This document shows positions 30,419-39,181 of a stretch of DNA of 64,000 bases, one piece after another (position 1 is the stretch's first letter; each line of letters opens with the position of its first letter). The position numbers were made by a program, and so were the translations under genes. The notes beneath the pieces were generated by a model, which saw nothing but the letters and a program-made list of their open reading frames with translations, searched no databases and was not told where the DNA came from. The DNA comes from Oligoflexales bacterium (GTDB lineage Bacteria; Bdellovibrionota_B; Oligoflexia; Oligoflexales; Bog-1112): the NCBI GenBank assembly GCA_045105515.1, contig JBGCDR010000051.1:12173-76172 (forward strand), written 5' to 3'.

Positions 30419-31609
30419 ATGAAGTTTAATCGCTTAGAAGAGGTGAATCTCGAGGGTAAGGCAGTCCTGGTGCGCCTGGACCTGAATGTCCCTCTTTCAG
30501 ACGGCAAAATACTCGACGATACTAGGATTCAAGCATCATTACCAACTTTAAGGTATTTGCAGTCTAAGCACGCGAAAATTGCCATCATGAGTCACCTTGG
30601 CCGACCAAAGGGAAAGGTGAACTCAAAGTTTTCTCTTGAACCTGTGGGTGAGCGACTTGCAGAAATTTTGGACTGTGAAGTCGTCATGGTTAATGACTAT
30701 CATAAAGAACCGGCTGACCAGGTTTTAAAGCAGCTAGGGAAAAACCAAATCATGATGTTTGAGAACCTGCGCTTCCATGCAGGGGAAACGGCTAACGATT
30801 CAGAGTTTGCACAAATTCTAATCAAGGGAGTCGACTTTTATGTGAATGATGCTTTTGGGGCAGCCCATCGGTCCCATGCTTCGGTGGTTGCTGCACCGAA
30901 CTATTTACCAAAAGACCACTGCTTTCCTGGTTACTTAATGACAAAAGAAATCGAAGCTTTAGATAAGCTCAAGAATAGTCCCAAGGTACCCTTTACTGTA
31001 GCTATTGGTGGGGCTAAGGTATCAGATAAAATTGGCGTGATTTTAAGCCTTATAGAAAAGTGCAACCACCTTCTGATCGGTGGGGCTATGGCATACACTC
31101 TTTTAAAGTATAAGGGGTTCCGAGTTGGGACCTCTAAAGTTGAAGAAGATAAAATGGATCTGGTTGAAGCAATTTTTCGTAATGCTGAAAGTAGAAAGGT
31201 TGCAATTGAATTACCTATAGACCATGTTTGTGCTGAAGCATTTGAATCTAAAACAGCAGCTGTTGTGGTGAATGATATCAACATTCCTGATCATCTGATG
31301 GGCCTAGACATCGGGCCTCAGACTATTGCGAAATATCGTGAGATTATAAAATCGTCATCAACTGTGTTGTGGAATGGTCCCATGGGAGTTTTCGAATGGG
31401 ACGCTTTCGCAAAAGGAACGACCGCTCTTGCTGAGGAAATCAGCGAGTGTGCAGGTTATACCGTTTTGGGAGGTGGGGAGTCAGTAGCAGCAGCACAGAA
31501 AGCTGGGGTTGCTGACAAAATAAAGCACGTTTCAACTGGCGGAGGCGCTTCTTTAGAATATCTAGAAGGGGCTCATTTACCTGGAATTAAAGCACTTGAG
31601 TTGGTTTAG
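30419..31609 (+). CDS. pgk: Phosphoglycerate kinase
   Basis: Motifs RLDLNVP, SHLGRP, ENLRF, NDAFG.AHR, GGAKVSDKI, WNGPMGVFE and STGGGASLE. Confidence 0.98.
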   Translation: MKFNRLEEVNLEGKAVLVRLDLNVPLSDGKILDDTRIQASLPTLRYLQSKHAKIAIMSHLGRPKGKVNSKFSLEPVGERLAEILDCEVVMVNDYHKEPADQVLKQLGKNQIMMFENLRFHAGETANDSEFAQILIKGVDFYVNDAFGAAHRSHASVVAAPNYLPKDHCFPGYLMTKEIEALDKLKNSPKVPFTVAIGGAKVSDKIGVILSLIEKCNHLLIGGAMAYTLLKYKGFRVGTSKVEEDKMDLVEAIFRNAESRKVAIELPIDHVCAEAFESKTAAVVVNDINIPDHLMGLDIGPQTIAKYREIIKSSSTVLWNGPMGVFEWDAFAKGTTALAEEISECAGYTVLGGGESVAAAQKAGVADKIKHVSTGGGASLEYLEGAHLPGIKALELV

Positions 31610-31631
31610 CCTAATTTGTTGAAGGAGGCTT

Positions 31632-32411
31632 GTGATGAGAAAGCAATTGTTAGCTGGAAATTGGAAAATGAATGGTTCAGCATCAGTTTTAGAGAACTAC
31701 TTCTCAGAGTTTCGCGAATGCCTTGGGCTTCCAATTTCACAAGTTATAGAAAAAGTAGATATTAGCCTTGCTTTACCCTTTACTTTATTGGGAAAGGCAA
31801 AAGAAATTTTTCGGGAAACTGGAGTGCAGATAGCAGCACAAAATTGTCATTTTGAGGAAAAGGGAGCTTATACAGGCGAAATTTCCTTGGAGATGCTAGT
31901 AGAGCTTGGCATCAATGCTAGCTTGGTGGCCCATAGTGAGCGTCGGCAGTACTATAATGAGACTGATAACACTGCAAGTCAAAAGGTCAAAAGCCTTCTG
32001 AACAAAGGGTTTATTCCTATCTTGTGTGTTGGTGAAACGCAGGCTGAAAGAGAGCAAGGTCAAACTACCAAGGTCTTGGAAACTCAGCTTTCTGCTGTGT
32101 TTGATGGTTTGAAGAGTACTCAGTCATTGGTGCTTGCCTATGAACCTGTGTGGGCAATTGGAACTGGCCTTGCAGCAACCCCTGAGTTAGCCAATGATGC
32201 ACACAAATATATTAGGTCTTTCATCAAGGAAAAGTTTGGCGAAAAAACTGCTGCCAAAACGAGAATTCTTTATGGTGGTAGTATGAAACCTGACAACGTA
32301 GATAGCCTTTTGAAAATGGAGCATATTGATGGAGGCTTAGTGGGAGGTGCGTCCCTAAAGCCAGCAGACTTTGCAATAATGGTCAAAGATGCAATAAAGT
32401 TAAGCAGCTGA
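31632..32411 (+). CDS. tpiA: Triosephosphate isomerase
   Basis: Motifs AGNWKMN, HSERR, AYEPVWAIGTG, YGGS and LVGGASL. Confidence 0.98.
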   Translation: MMRKQLLAGNWKMNGSASVLENYFSEFRECLGLPISQVIEKVDISLALPFTLLGKAKEIFRETGVQIAAQNCHFEEKGAYTGEISLEMLVELGINASLVAHSERRQYYNETDNTASQKVKSLLNKGFIPILCVGETQAEREQGQTTKVLETQLSAVFDGLKSTQSLVLAYEPVWAIGTGLAATPELANDAHKYIRSFIKEKFGEKTAAKTRILYGGSMKPDNVDSLLKMEHIDGGLVGGASLKPADFAIMVKDAIKLSS

Positions 32412-32744
32412 ATAGTGGATTTGCTGGCGTGAGGCATGGCAGCCTTCGATAGCAGCATGAAATTGCTTAGAATGGCACAAAAGTTCAGAGGTTAGCAGTA
32501 GGGTGATATCGGTATTCAGCCGATTAACGCCTCTTTTCTTTAAAATCTTTAAAAGTTCGACGACTCCACCTTCTGGCCTAAAAATGATATTGTTAGTTTT
32601 AAACTGACCTGCCTTTTCAACAAGGTCTTCCTCTGATTTAACCCCCTCAACTTTCAGCTTTACATTTAACTTGGCTTCCAGCAGTTGCTTGGTTGTAAAG
32701 TACTTATAACAATTATCTTCTATGATTAGGATTTGGGTTTTCAT
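32400..32744 (-). CDS. Atypical receiver-domain protein (no phosphoacceptor Asp)
   Basis: MKTQILIIEDN start after a GGAGG SD. The beta-3 strand reads NIIFR where Asp is expected. Confidence 0.6.
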   Translation of the reverse strand: MKTQILIIEDNCYKYFTTKQLLEAKLNVKLKVEGVKSEEDLVEKAGQFKTNNIIFRPEGGVVELLKILKKRGVNRLNTDITLLLTSELLCHSKQFHAAIEGCHASRQQIHYSAA

Positions 32745-32787
32745 GTGCACCTCCCTGGCAAAGCTCAATTTCTTCCAATTTAGGTAC

Positions 32788-32803
32788 TGCATTTCGGGTG
32801 CCA
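32788..32803 (-). promoter_or_regulatory. Sigma-54 (-24/-12) promoter
   Basis: Minus strand TGGCACCCGAAATGCA = GG-N10-GC, about 45 nt upstream of ATG 32744. Confidence 0.6.
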
Positions 32804-33026
32804 GATTCATATACACGCCATATTAAAAGACAAATAAATATATGGGTGATTTTGACTACAAGTGTGATAGATAACTAAGCCTCTGAGGAGTTGCAGGTGT
32901 ATCTTTAAGGACATAGGTTTCTTAAACCTTCTAAAATTAAATGATTTTTTAAGATACACACCTGACAAAAGTTAAGATTGCTTGCTTTGGTTTTCGATGC
33001 AAGTTCGATAAAGAAGGAAGAATATT

Positions 33027-34403
33027 ATTAATAAGAAGGTACATATTGTCGGAGGAGGCTTAGCTGGTTCTGAAGCAGCTTGGCAGGCATTGCAGATGGG
33101 TGCTTCTGTCGTTTTGTATGAGATGCGGCCAAAGCAACTTACCCCTGCCCATAAGACTGGCGATCTTGCAGAGCTAGTTTGCTCAAACTCACTGAAATCA
33201 TTGGATGAGCATAGTGTTCCCGGGATGCTAAAGCAAGAGATGGCCGCATTCAAATCTTTGATTGTAGGTGCGGCTTTTAAAGCACAGGTGCCAGCTGGTG
33301 CTGCCTTAGCTGTAGATAGGTCATTGTTTTCACAGGAAATTTCAACGCGTTTGAATGAACACCCTTGCTTTGAACGTGTTGACCAGGAAGTGACTTCTAT
33401 TCCTTCACAAGAGCAGCTAGCTAGCAAGGATGAGTGCATGATAATTGCCTCAGGTCCACTTACTAGTACCGGGCTATCTGAAGAAATTAAGAAATTGTGT
33501 GGTGGGGATGAAAGTTTATACTTTTATGACGCCATTGCTCCGGTCTTGGCCGCTGAGTCTCTTGATTGGAATCACTGCTTCCGTGCAGATCGATATGGGA
33601 AGGGTGATGGTGATTATGTAAACCTTCCTTTAAATAAAGAGCAGTACGAAGCTTTTTTAGCAGACGTCACAGAAGCAGAGAAGGTGCCACTTCACAGTTT
33701 TGAGAAGGTTGACTATTTTGAGTCCTGTTTGCCCATAGAAGTAATGGTCGAACGTGGTCCCGAAACTCTGCGTTTTGGTCCATTAAAGCCGGTAGGTCTA
33801 GTTGATCCAAAAACGGAGAAACAGCCTTATGCTTGCATTCAGCTGAGGATGGAAAATACAGCAGGCTCTATGTATTCCATGGTTGGCTTCCAAACGAAAA
33901 TGAAGTGGCCGGAACAAAAACGTGTATTTTCCAAAATACCAGCTTTACGTGATGTAGAGTTTTTACGTTATGGTTCGGTACATCGTAATACCTATGTTCA
34001 GAGTCCTAAGGTCCTAAATCCAAACCTATCTTTCAGAAATAATAACCGTGTCTTTCTTGCAGGTCAGATTACGGGAGTAGAAGGGTATACGGAGTCAGCA
34101 GCAATGGGACTGATTGCTGGCAGAGCATGCTCAGCATTTCTGGGACTTGGCCCCTTTTTACTACCCCCAGTAACCAGCGTCATGGGGGCATTGCTCAATT
34201 ACGTGACTTTTGGATGCAGAGGAAAGTTTGCACCAATGAACGCTAATTTTGGCTTATTACCAACGATGCAAAAAAAGCGTGGGATGAGTAAAAAAGATAA
34301 AAAAGTACAACAAAGCCTAAAATGTCAGGAGGCTTTTGCCACTTACTTTAAAGACAATCAGGTAGGGAGTTTACCCTGTGAATTGGGGGAAGGTCTGAGT
34401 TAA
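33027..34403 (+). CDS. trmFO: Folate/FAD-dependent tRNA (uracil-54-C5) methyltransferase TrmFO
   Basis: Motifs VHIVGGGLAGSEAAW, ELVCSNS, YFYDAIAP, FGPLKPVGL, VGFQT and AGQITGVEGY. The N-terminus requires a non-canonical ATT start (33024 or 33027). Confidence 0.95.
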   Translation: MNKKVHIVGGGLAGSEAAWQALQMGASVVLYEMRPKQLTPAHKTGDLAELVCSNSLKSLDEHSVPGMLKQEMAAFKSLIVGAAFKAQVPAGAALAVDRSLFSQEISTRLNEHPCFERVDQEVTSIPSQEQLASKDECMIIASGPLTSTGLSEEIKKLCGGDESLYFYDAIAPVLAAESLDWNHCFRADRYGKGDGDYVNLPLNKEQYEAFLADVTEAEKVPLHSFEKVDYFESCLPIEVMVERGPETLRFGPLKPVGLVDPKTEKQPYACIQLRMENTAGSMYSMVGFQTKMKWPEQKRVFSKIPALRDVEFLRYGSVHRNTYVQSPKVLNPNLSFRNNNRVFLAGQITGVEGYTESAAMGLIAGRACSAFLGLGPFLLPPVTSVMGALLNYVTFGCRGKFAPMNANFGLLPTMQKKRGMSKKDKKVQQSLKCQEAFATYFKDNQVGSLPCELGEGLS

Positions 34404-34421
34404 GTAATTCTAATCTTGAAA

Positions 34422-34619
34422 TTATAAGGACTTTTTATCTGCTTCTAAGGCAGATGTCACCAAGCCGATCAATTGACTAGAAACTCCAATGATATCCTTG
34501 TTCTGGCAACCTTCATCTTTTAGTGACCGGTAAATCGAGTTGGCAAGAACTCTGACAGTTTTATCGGGAATTGGTTGAGCTTTCTTCTTTTTATCCTTTA
34601 GTGCGGTATCAAATTTCAT
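34422..34619 (-). CDS. Small conserved-looking hypothetical protein
   Basis: AGGAG SD. The helical pattern VLANSIYRSLKDEG...DIIGVSSQLIGLVT resembles small proteins I recall from deltaproteobacteria-like lineages. Confidence 0.65.
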   Translation of the reverse strand: MKFDTALKDKKKKAQPIPDKTVRVLANSIYRSLKDEGCQNKDIIGVSSQLIGLVTSALEADKKSL

Positions 34620-34719
34620 TTATGGGCTCCTCAAACCTATTGATTCTGCTAATTTAGCGTTAGTTGTAATCGATTTAATTTAACTGAGCTTCTAATGTGG
34701 GAAGCATTGCTGTATTTTG

Positions 34720-34735
34720 TACAATAATCATGCCA
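34720..34735 (-). promoter_or_regulatory. Possible variant sigma-54 promoter
   Basis: Minus strand TGGCATGATTATTGTA (GG-N10-GT rather than GC), 100 nt upstream of the small ORF. Confidence 0.35.
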
Positions 34736-35006
34736 GTTGGTCTGCATAGAATAATTCGATTACAAGTACAAATATACCTTGACTATTTCATCGGTCAAGT
34801 TGCCATCAGTTTAAGAGCAAAAACTTTATACAGTCCCATAAGGCCTCTTAACGTGGTAAAAAAGTCACATGATTAGAAGAAACCTGTCGCTTTCGAGCCA
34901 CAGATGTTTTAACTGTTTTTGCGGGACAGACTGACAAACGCATGTGCCTAATGGCGAGACTTCTGGGTTCTCTGAAAATTGGTGCATTTATTTGCTTGGA
35001 GCAGTA

Positions 35007-35870
35007 GTGAAAGATTTAGTGATCCTTATGAAGTTCATTCCTCAAAATTTCCTAAGCTTTATATGTGGTTATTTAGCCCGCCTCAAGCTTCCCGGAAAGA
35101 TTCAAAAAATTCTCAATAGCTTGTTCGCTCTTAGCTTTGGCATAGATATGAGTGAAGCGGAAAAGCCATGTGCTGATTTCAACTCAATTGAAGATTTGTT
35201 TACTCGAAAATTAGAGGTGGGTGCAAGAAGAGTCCAAGGGGAGGTTGTCTCACCTTGCGATGGTTTCTTAGCGATATCAATGGCTCCTGAAGATGGCAGT
35301 GTGATCCAAGCAAAAGGCATCAAATACCATTTTAAAAACTTATTGCTTGGAAATAAGCCGGATTTTGACCAGGAATTTGTTCCTGGCTGGGTTTCTACTA
35401 TTTATCTTGCACCACATAATTATCACCGTGTTCACAGTCCAGTGTCAGGTGAGCTCCGTTCCATTCGTTATATTCCTGGTCAGCTTTGGCCGGTCAACAA
35501 AGCTGCTGTTTTAAAAATCCCTAAGCTATTTATTAAAAACGAACGCATGGTCTTCGAAATTGAAACAAAATCCCATGGTAAAGTCTATGTAGTCATGGTA
35601 GGAGCTTTTAACGTTGGTCGGATAGAGACTAAGTTTTGGCCAAAATTTGCAAGCAACTCTTGGGATCGTCAGTTTAAGGCTTCTCCAATAGAACTTGATA
35701 TGAGGCATCCCGCTGCTTGTAACATAGAGAAAGGGGAGGAGCTTGGTGTATTTATGCTCGGTTCAACCGTGGTCACTGTCTTTTCCGAATCTTTCGCTAG
35801 TGCTTTTGGCTTTTACGAAGCTCAAGCAGGCGAGCCAATTCGGATGGGCCAGAGCCTATTGAAAGACTAA
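35007..35870 (+). CDS. psd: Phosphatidylserine decarboxylase proenzyme
   Basis: Motifs FTRKL, SPCDG, YLAP.NYHRVHSP, NER, VGAFNVG and the LGST autocleavage site. GGAG SD precedes GTG 35007. Confidence 0.95.
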   Translation: MKDLVILMKFIPQNFLSFICGYLARLKLPGKIQKILNSLFALSFGIDMSEAEKPCADFNSIEDLFTRKLEVGARRVQGEVVSPCDGFLAISMAPEDGSVIQAKGIKYHFKNLLLGNKPDFDQEFVPGWVSTIYLAPHNYHRVHSPVSGELRSIRYIPGQLWPVNKAAVLKIPKLFIKNERMVFEIETKSHGKVYVVMVGAFNVGRIETKFWPKFASNSWDRQFKASPIELDMRHPAACNIEKGEELGVFMLGSTVVTVFSESFASAFGFYEAQAGEPIRMGQSLLKD

Positions 35871-35929
35871 TTGGGATTTACTGAAACCTAGAGGAAATAC
35901 TGCTTTAGAAAAGCAATGGAGATTCGCCT

Positions 35930-37369
35930 GTGCAGATAACGAGAGAAAAGCATCAGACTAAGATTATTTGTTCTCTTGATAGCGTTGGCTTGAAGCCCGA
36001 TTATGCCAAGGATTTTTCTGACCGCACCGATATCGCTGCTTTGCGGATTTTGTATGATCCAAGAAACACAAAAAAAATTTTGGAGTTCATACCTTTAGTT
36101 GACGAATTCAGATCCCCTGAGTTGAATAAAATCCCTATTATGATTGACGTTGGTTCATTTCCCCGAGCAAGCGTCGCAAACATAAAATTAAATGAAGATC
36201 TCCAGTATTCTCAGATCTTGAATATATCCAAGCTTGGCATGGGTGGAGATATTGAGATTAATACCGAGGACTGGCAGAGTCTATTTGCTAAGAATGAATC
36301 ACTGTTTTTTGGCTTTGGCAGTATTGAATGCCGGGTCTTGGAAATTGGTAAGGAGCAAGTAAAGGTCAAGGTCTTAAAAGGAGGAGGCTTAGTTGCAGGA
36401 ACCGCTGTCCATGTGCCTGCAACTAGAAAAGCTCCTTCAATATTTGACCTAAGCTATATTGACATTAAACCCTTCCAAGAACTGGGGGTTGATTATGTGG
36501 TTCTACCGGGAGTAAATTCTGCTCGTGAAATTGCTGTGGTGAGAAAAAAGTTGGATAATGATCGCAGCAAATGCCCATGGCTCCTTATTAGAGTCGACCA
36601 CCTAGATGTCTATGAAAAAGTAAATGACCTCTTAGATGAAGCTGATGGTGTGCTTATATCAAGACGAGACTTAGCTCTGACCATGGAGGCTGCCACGGTC
36701 CCGATGGTTTGCAAAGAGGTTATCCGCGAATGCAACAAGAAGGCTAAGCTTGCAATCATTGCAAGTGATATCCTTGGTTCTCTTCAGTTCAATCCCACTC
36801 CGACGCGAGCTGAAGTTTCCGACATAGCTAATTCAGTTATGGATGGTACGGATGCGATTGTTCTTTCTGAAGAAGTCGCTCACGGGAAGCACCTTATGCG
36901 TGGTTTATCTTTATGTCGCAGTATTATTCTAGATGTGGAAGAACAACAAACTGAAGCCGATATAAATTGGAAAAAAGAAGAGTTAGCTATCAATAATGAA
37001 TTAGATGCAGTAGCCTTCCATGCTTTTAAAACAGCTCAAAGAGTTAAGGCAAAGGCAATTGTTTGTCTTACTAAAGAGGGAAATACTGCTCTAAGGCTTG
37101 CGAGATTTCGTACCTCTGTACCGGTGATCGCTGTTACCTTTAGCCAGGAGGTTAAACGTCGTTTGTCTCTGGTAAGAGGTGTGTATTCCATGGTCCTTGA
37201 TATTGCGCCTCATTTGGATGAAGTGCTACCGGTTGTGAATAAACATTTGAAACGAGAAGGTTGGTTGCGAAGTGGGGACAAGATTGTCTTTGTAACCGTA
37301 ACTCTCTCATCTGTTGGGCGTGAAGCAAGCAATTTATTTACCATTCAGAGTGTAGATAGGTTAAAATAG
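35930..37369 (+). CDS. pyk: Pyruvate kinase-like protein with a degenerate active site
   Basis: TKIICSL and PTRAEVSDIANSVMDGTDAIVLS plus an intact C domain, but KIE is RVD, ARGDL is SRRDL and TQML is SDIL. Confidence 0.8.
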   Translation: MQITREKHQTKIICSLDSVGLKPDYAKDFSDRTDIAALRILYDPRNTKKILEFIPLVDEFRSPELNKIPIMIDVGSFPRASVANIKLNEDLQYSQILNISKLGMGGDIEINTEDWQSLFAKNESLFFGFGSIECRVLEIGKEQVKVKVLKGGGLVAGTAVHVPATRKAPSIFDLSYIDIKPFQELGVDYVVLPGVNSAREIAVVRKKLDNDRSKCPWLLIRVDHLDVYEKVNDLLDEADGVLISRRDLALTMEAATVPMVCKEVIRECNKKAKLAIIASDILGSLQFNPTPTRAEVSDIANSVMDGTDAIVLSEEVAHGKHLMRGLSLCRSIILDVEEQQTEADINWKKEELAINNELDAVAFHAFKTAQRVKAKAIVCLTKEGNTALRLARFRTSVPVIAVTFSQEVKRRLSLVRGVYSMVLDIAPHLDEVLPVVNKHLKREGWLRSGDKIVFVTVTLSSVGREASNLFTIQSVDRLK

Positions 37370-37430
37370 ATCGTGCAGAACGCTTAAGTTCAATTGGTTT
37401 GATAGCAGCATCGTTCATAGGTTCGCTATA

Positions 37431-38429
37431 TTGATTCAAACTCGGTGTAAGTTTTGGCAATGCTTTATGCTTGTCAACTTTGGCCTCCTAGGTTCTAGCC
37501 TTCCTGGCAGAGGTGAGCAGTTAGTAAAAGGTGGGCAGAGTTTACCTATCGCCTCTGCGAGTATAAGTGACATCAAGAGCGTAGACATAGCACCCATCTT
37601 TTATAGCAATGTTGAACTGCGACACCAGCTAAATGCATATATTGAAAAATCGTCAGCAAGGCATAGTCGTCAAGATCCCAGTGTGCAGTTCCGAGCTCAG
37701 CTAGGATCTGTTTTGTACCAAGGAATTATAGATTTATATTTGAATCTTTCAGCTGAAAAATTGCCTAAAAATCTTGCAGTGTATCAGCGAAGGCCCGAGC
37801 TAAATGCAAATGTCTATATGCTGAGATCCAAACACTTCAAAATAAGACAGTACAATATTTGGAGATTACCATTTTCACCCAATGATGAAGAGGCTGAAGA
37901 ATACGAGACAAAATGGGATGAAGAGTTAGATCGTGAAGGAACAGTATATATCGTAGGCTTAAATCCTAGTGCAATGTTCAATTTTGATAGTTCATTTGCA
38001 CATTGGGATGCTCATGCTGCGATTGATTTAAACTCAAGGTTGTATAGCAGAACCCAGTATACAGCCTATATAGATAGGAGAAATGGTGAGTTACGCATCA
38101 TAGAGGATCATGTTCCGCGGCTCGGTAGTATTCAATCCTTAGGCGGATCTGTGTCGCCAAAAGCCTTGAATGGGCTAAAGATTGCAGGATCAATTTACTA
38201 TCGTTCATTCTTTCTCCCTGTCTACTTTAAGACAAATGACCTTGGTGTACAGAATCGATATACAGCAGATCGTGCTAGTTATTATAGGCTGAGGTTCCAG
38301 TTTCAGCTAAATAAAAGAACTACTTTGATCAACGACTTTATGCATTTTCATCAGGGTTTTTTTGCTGCTAAGAGAGTAGGTAGAGAAAAACGCTATAAAA
38401 ATATTTTGAGACTTTCATGTGTTCTTTAA
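37431..38429 (+). CDS. Hypothetical exported, beta-rich (possible outer-membrane) protein
   Basis: Signal-like N-terminus and alternating aromatic/polar strands; no family recognised. Confidence 0.6.
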   Translation: MIQTRCKFWQCFMLVNFGLLGSSLPGRGEQLVKGGQSLPIASASISDIKSVDIAPIFYSNVELRHQLNAYIEKSSARHSRQDPSVQFRAQLGSVLYQGIIDLYLNLSAEKLPKNLAVYQRRPELNANVYMLRSKHFKIRQYNIWRLPFSPNDEEAEEYETKWDEELDREGTVYIVGLNPSAMFNFDSSFAHWDAHAAIDLNSRLYSRTQYTAYIDRRNGELRIIEDHVPRLGSIQSLGGSVSPKALNGLKIAGSIYYRSFFLPVYFKTNDLGVQNRYTADRASYYRLRFQFQLNKRTTLINDFMHFHQGFFAAKRVGREKRYKNILRLSCVL

Positions 38430-38695
38430 AGGGTGAGTTACCTATCGCTAAGAATGATCGAATTTTTTTTTCTGCTCCTAGAGTTGTTTTATTTTTCAAC
38501 TTAAACTCGTCTCATGCAAAGATTTATAAGATTGAAGGAGTCACTTTGTTTTTCGGTATGTGTCTTGGTCAACAGAGGAGTACTACCCATTAGCTTAGTA
38601 AGCTGTCAATCAGAAATCTGTTATTTTTTCTTCGTTCCAGTTCAATTAAATTCGTCCAAATTATTCCTGACTAAATTTAAAAAAAGGAGATCTGT

Positions 38696-39028
38696 GTGGA
38701 GATCAAAGCAAGAATTCTTGCAGATATGAAAACAGCAATGCAAAGTGGTGACTCTGTGCGAAGAGGGGTTACCCGCATGCTTCTAAGTGAATTAAAATAT
38801 GCTGAAGCAGCAATGCACAATTGTGGATCACTGAATGAGGAAATGGCAGTTAACATGATTATAGCCCACTATAAGAGGCTCCGTAGCTCTATAAGTATTC
38901 ATCCGGATGGTAGCAATAAGCAGCTTTTATTGGCACAAATGTCCATTGTTGCTGATTATCTTCCCAAAGACTTTTACGAAAATGATGATCGGGGAAACAT
39001 GCCTTTGGAATTTTATCGAGCACTCTAA
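38696..39028 (+). CDS. GatB/YqeY domain protein (short)
   Basis: I.ADMK.AM..GD..R....RML.SELK...K....SI pattern. AGGAG SD precedes the GTG start. Confidence 0.75.
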   Translation: MEIKARILADMKTAMQSGDSVRRGVTRMLLSELKYAEAAMHNCGSLNEEMAVNMIIAHYKRLRSSISIHPDGSNKQLLLAQMSIVADYLPKDFYENDDRGNMPLEFYRAL

Positions 39029-39181
39029 ATTTGCCACTGCCCAAAAGCATTCTTGTTGCCATTGTTGTACTTTATGAATTCTCTTGATCTAAATTGAATA
39101 TCTTTGTTTTTCTTTGAATTTTATTTTCCGATTAATCTCTTTTTGGCAGGACAGAGGTTAATTTGATTTTCATTCGAGCCG

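Noticed and set aside
32972..33439. 155-aa minus-strand ORF
   Set aside because: Antisense shadow of trmFO.
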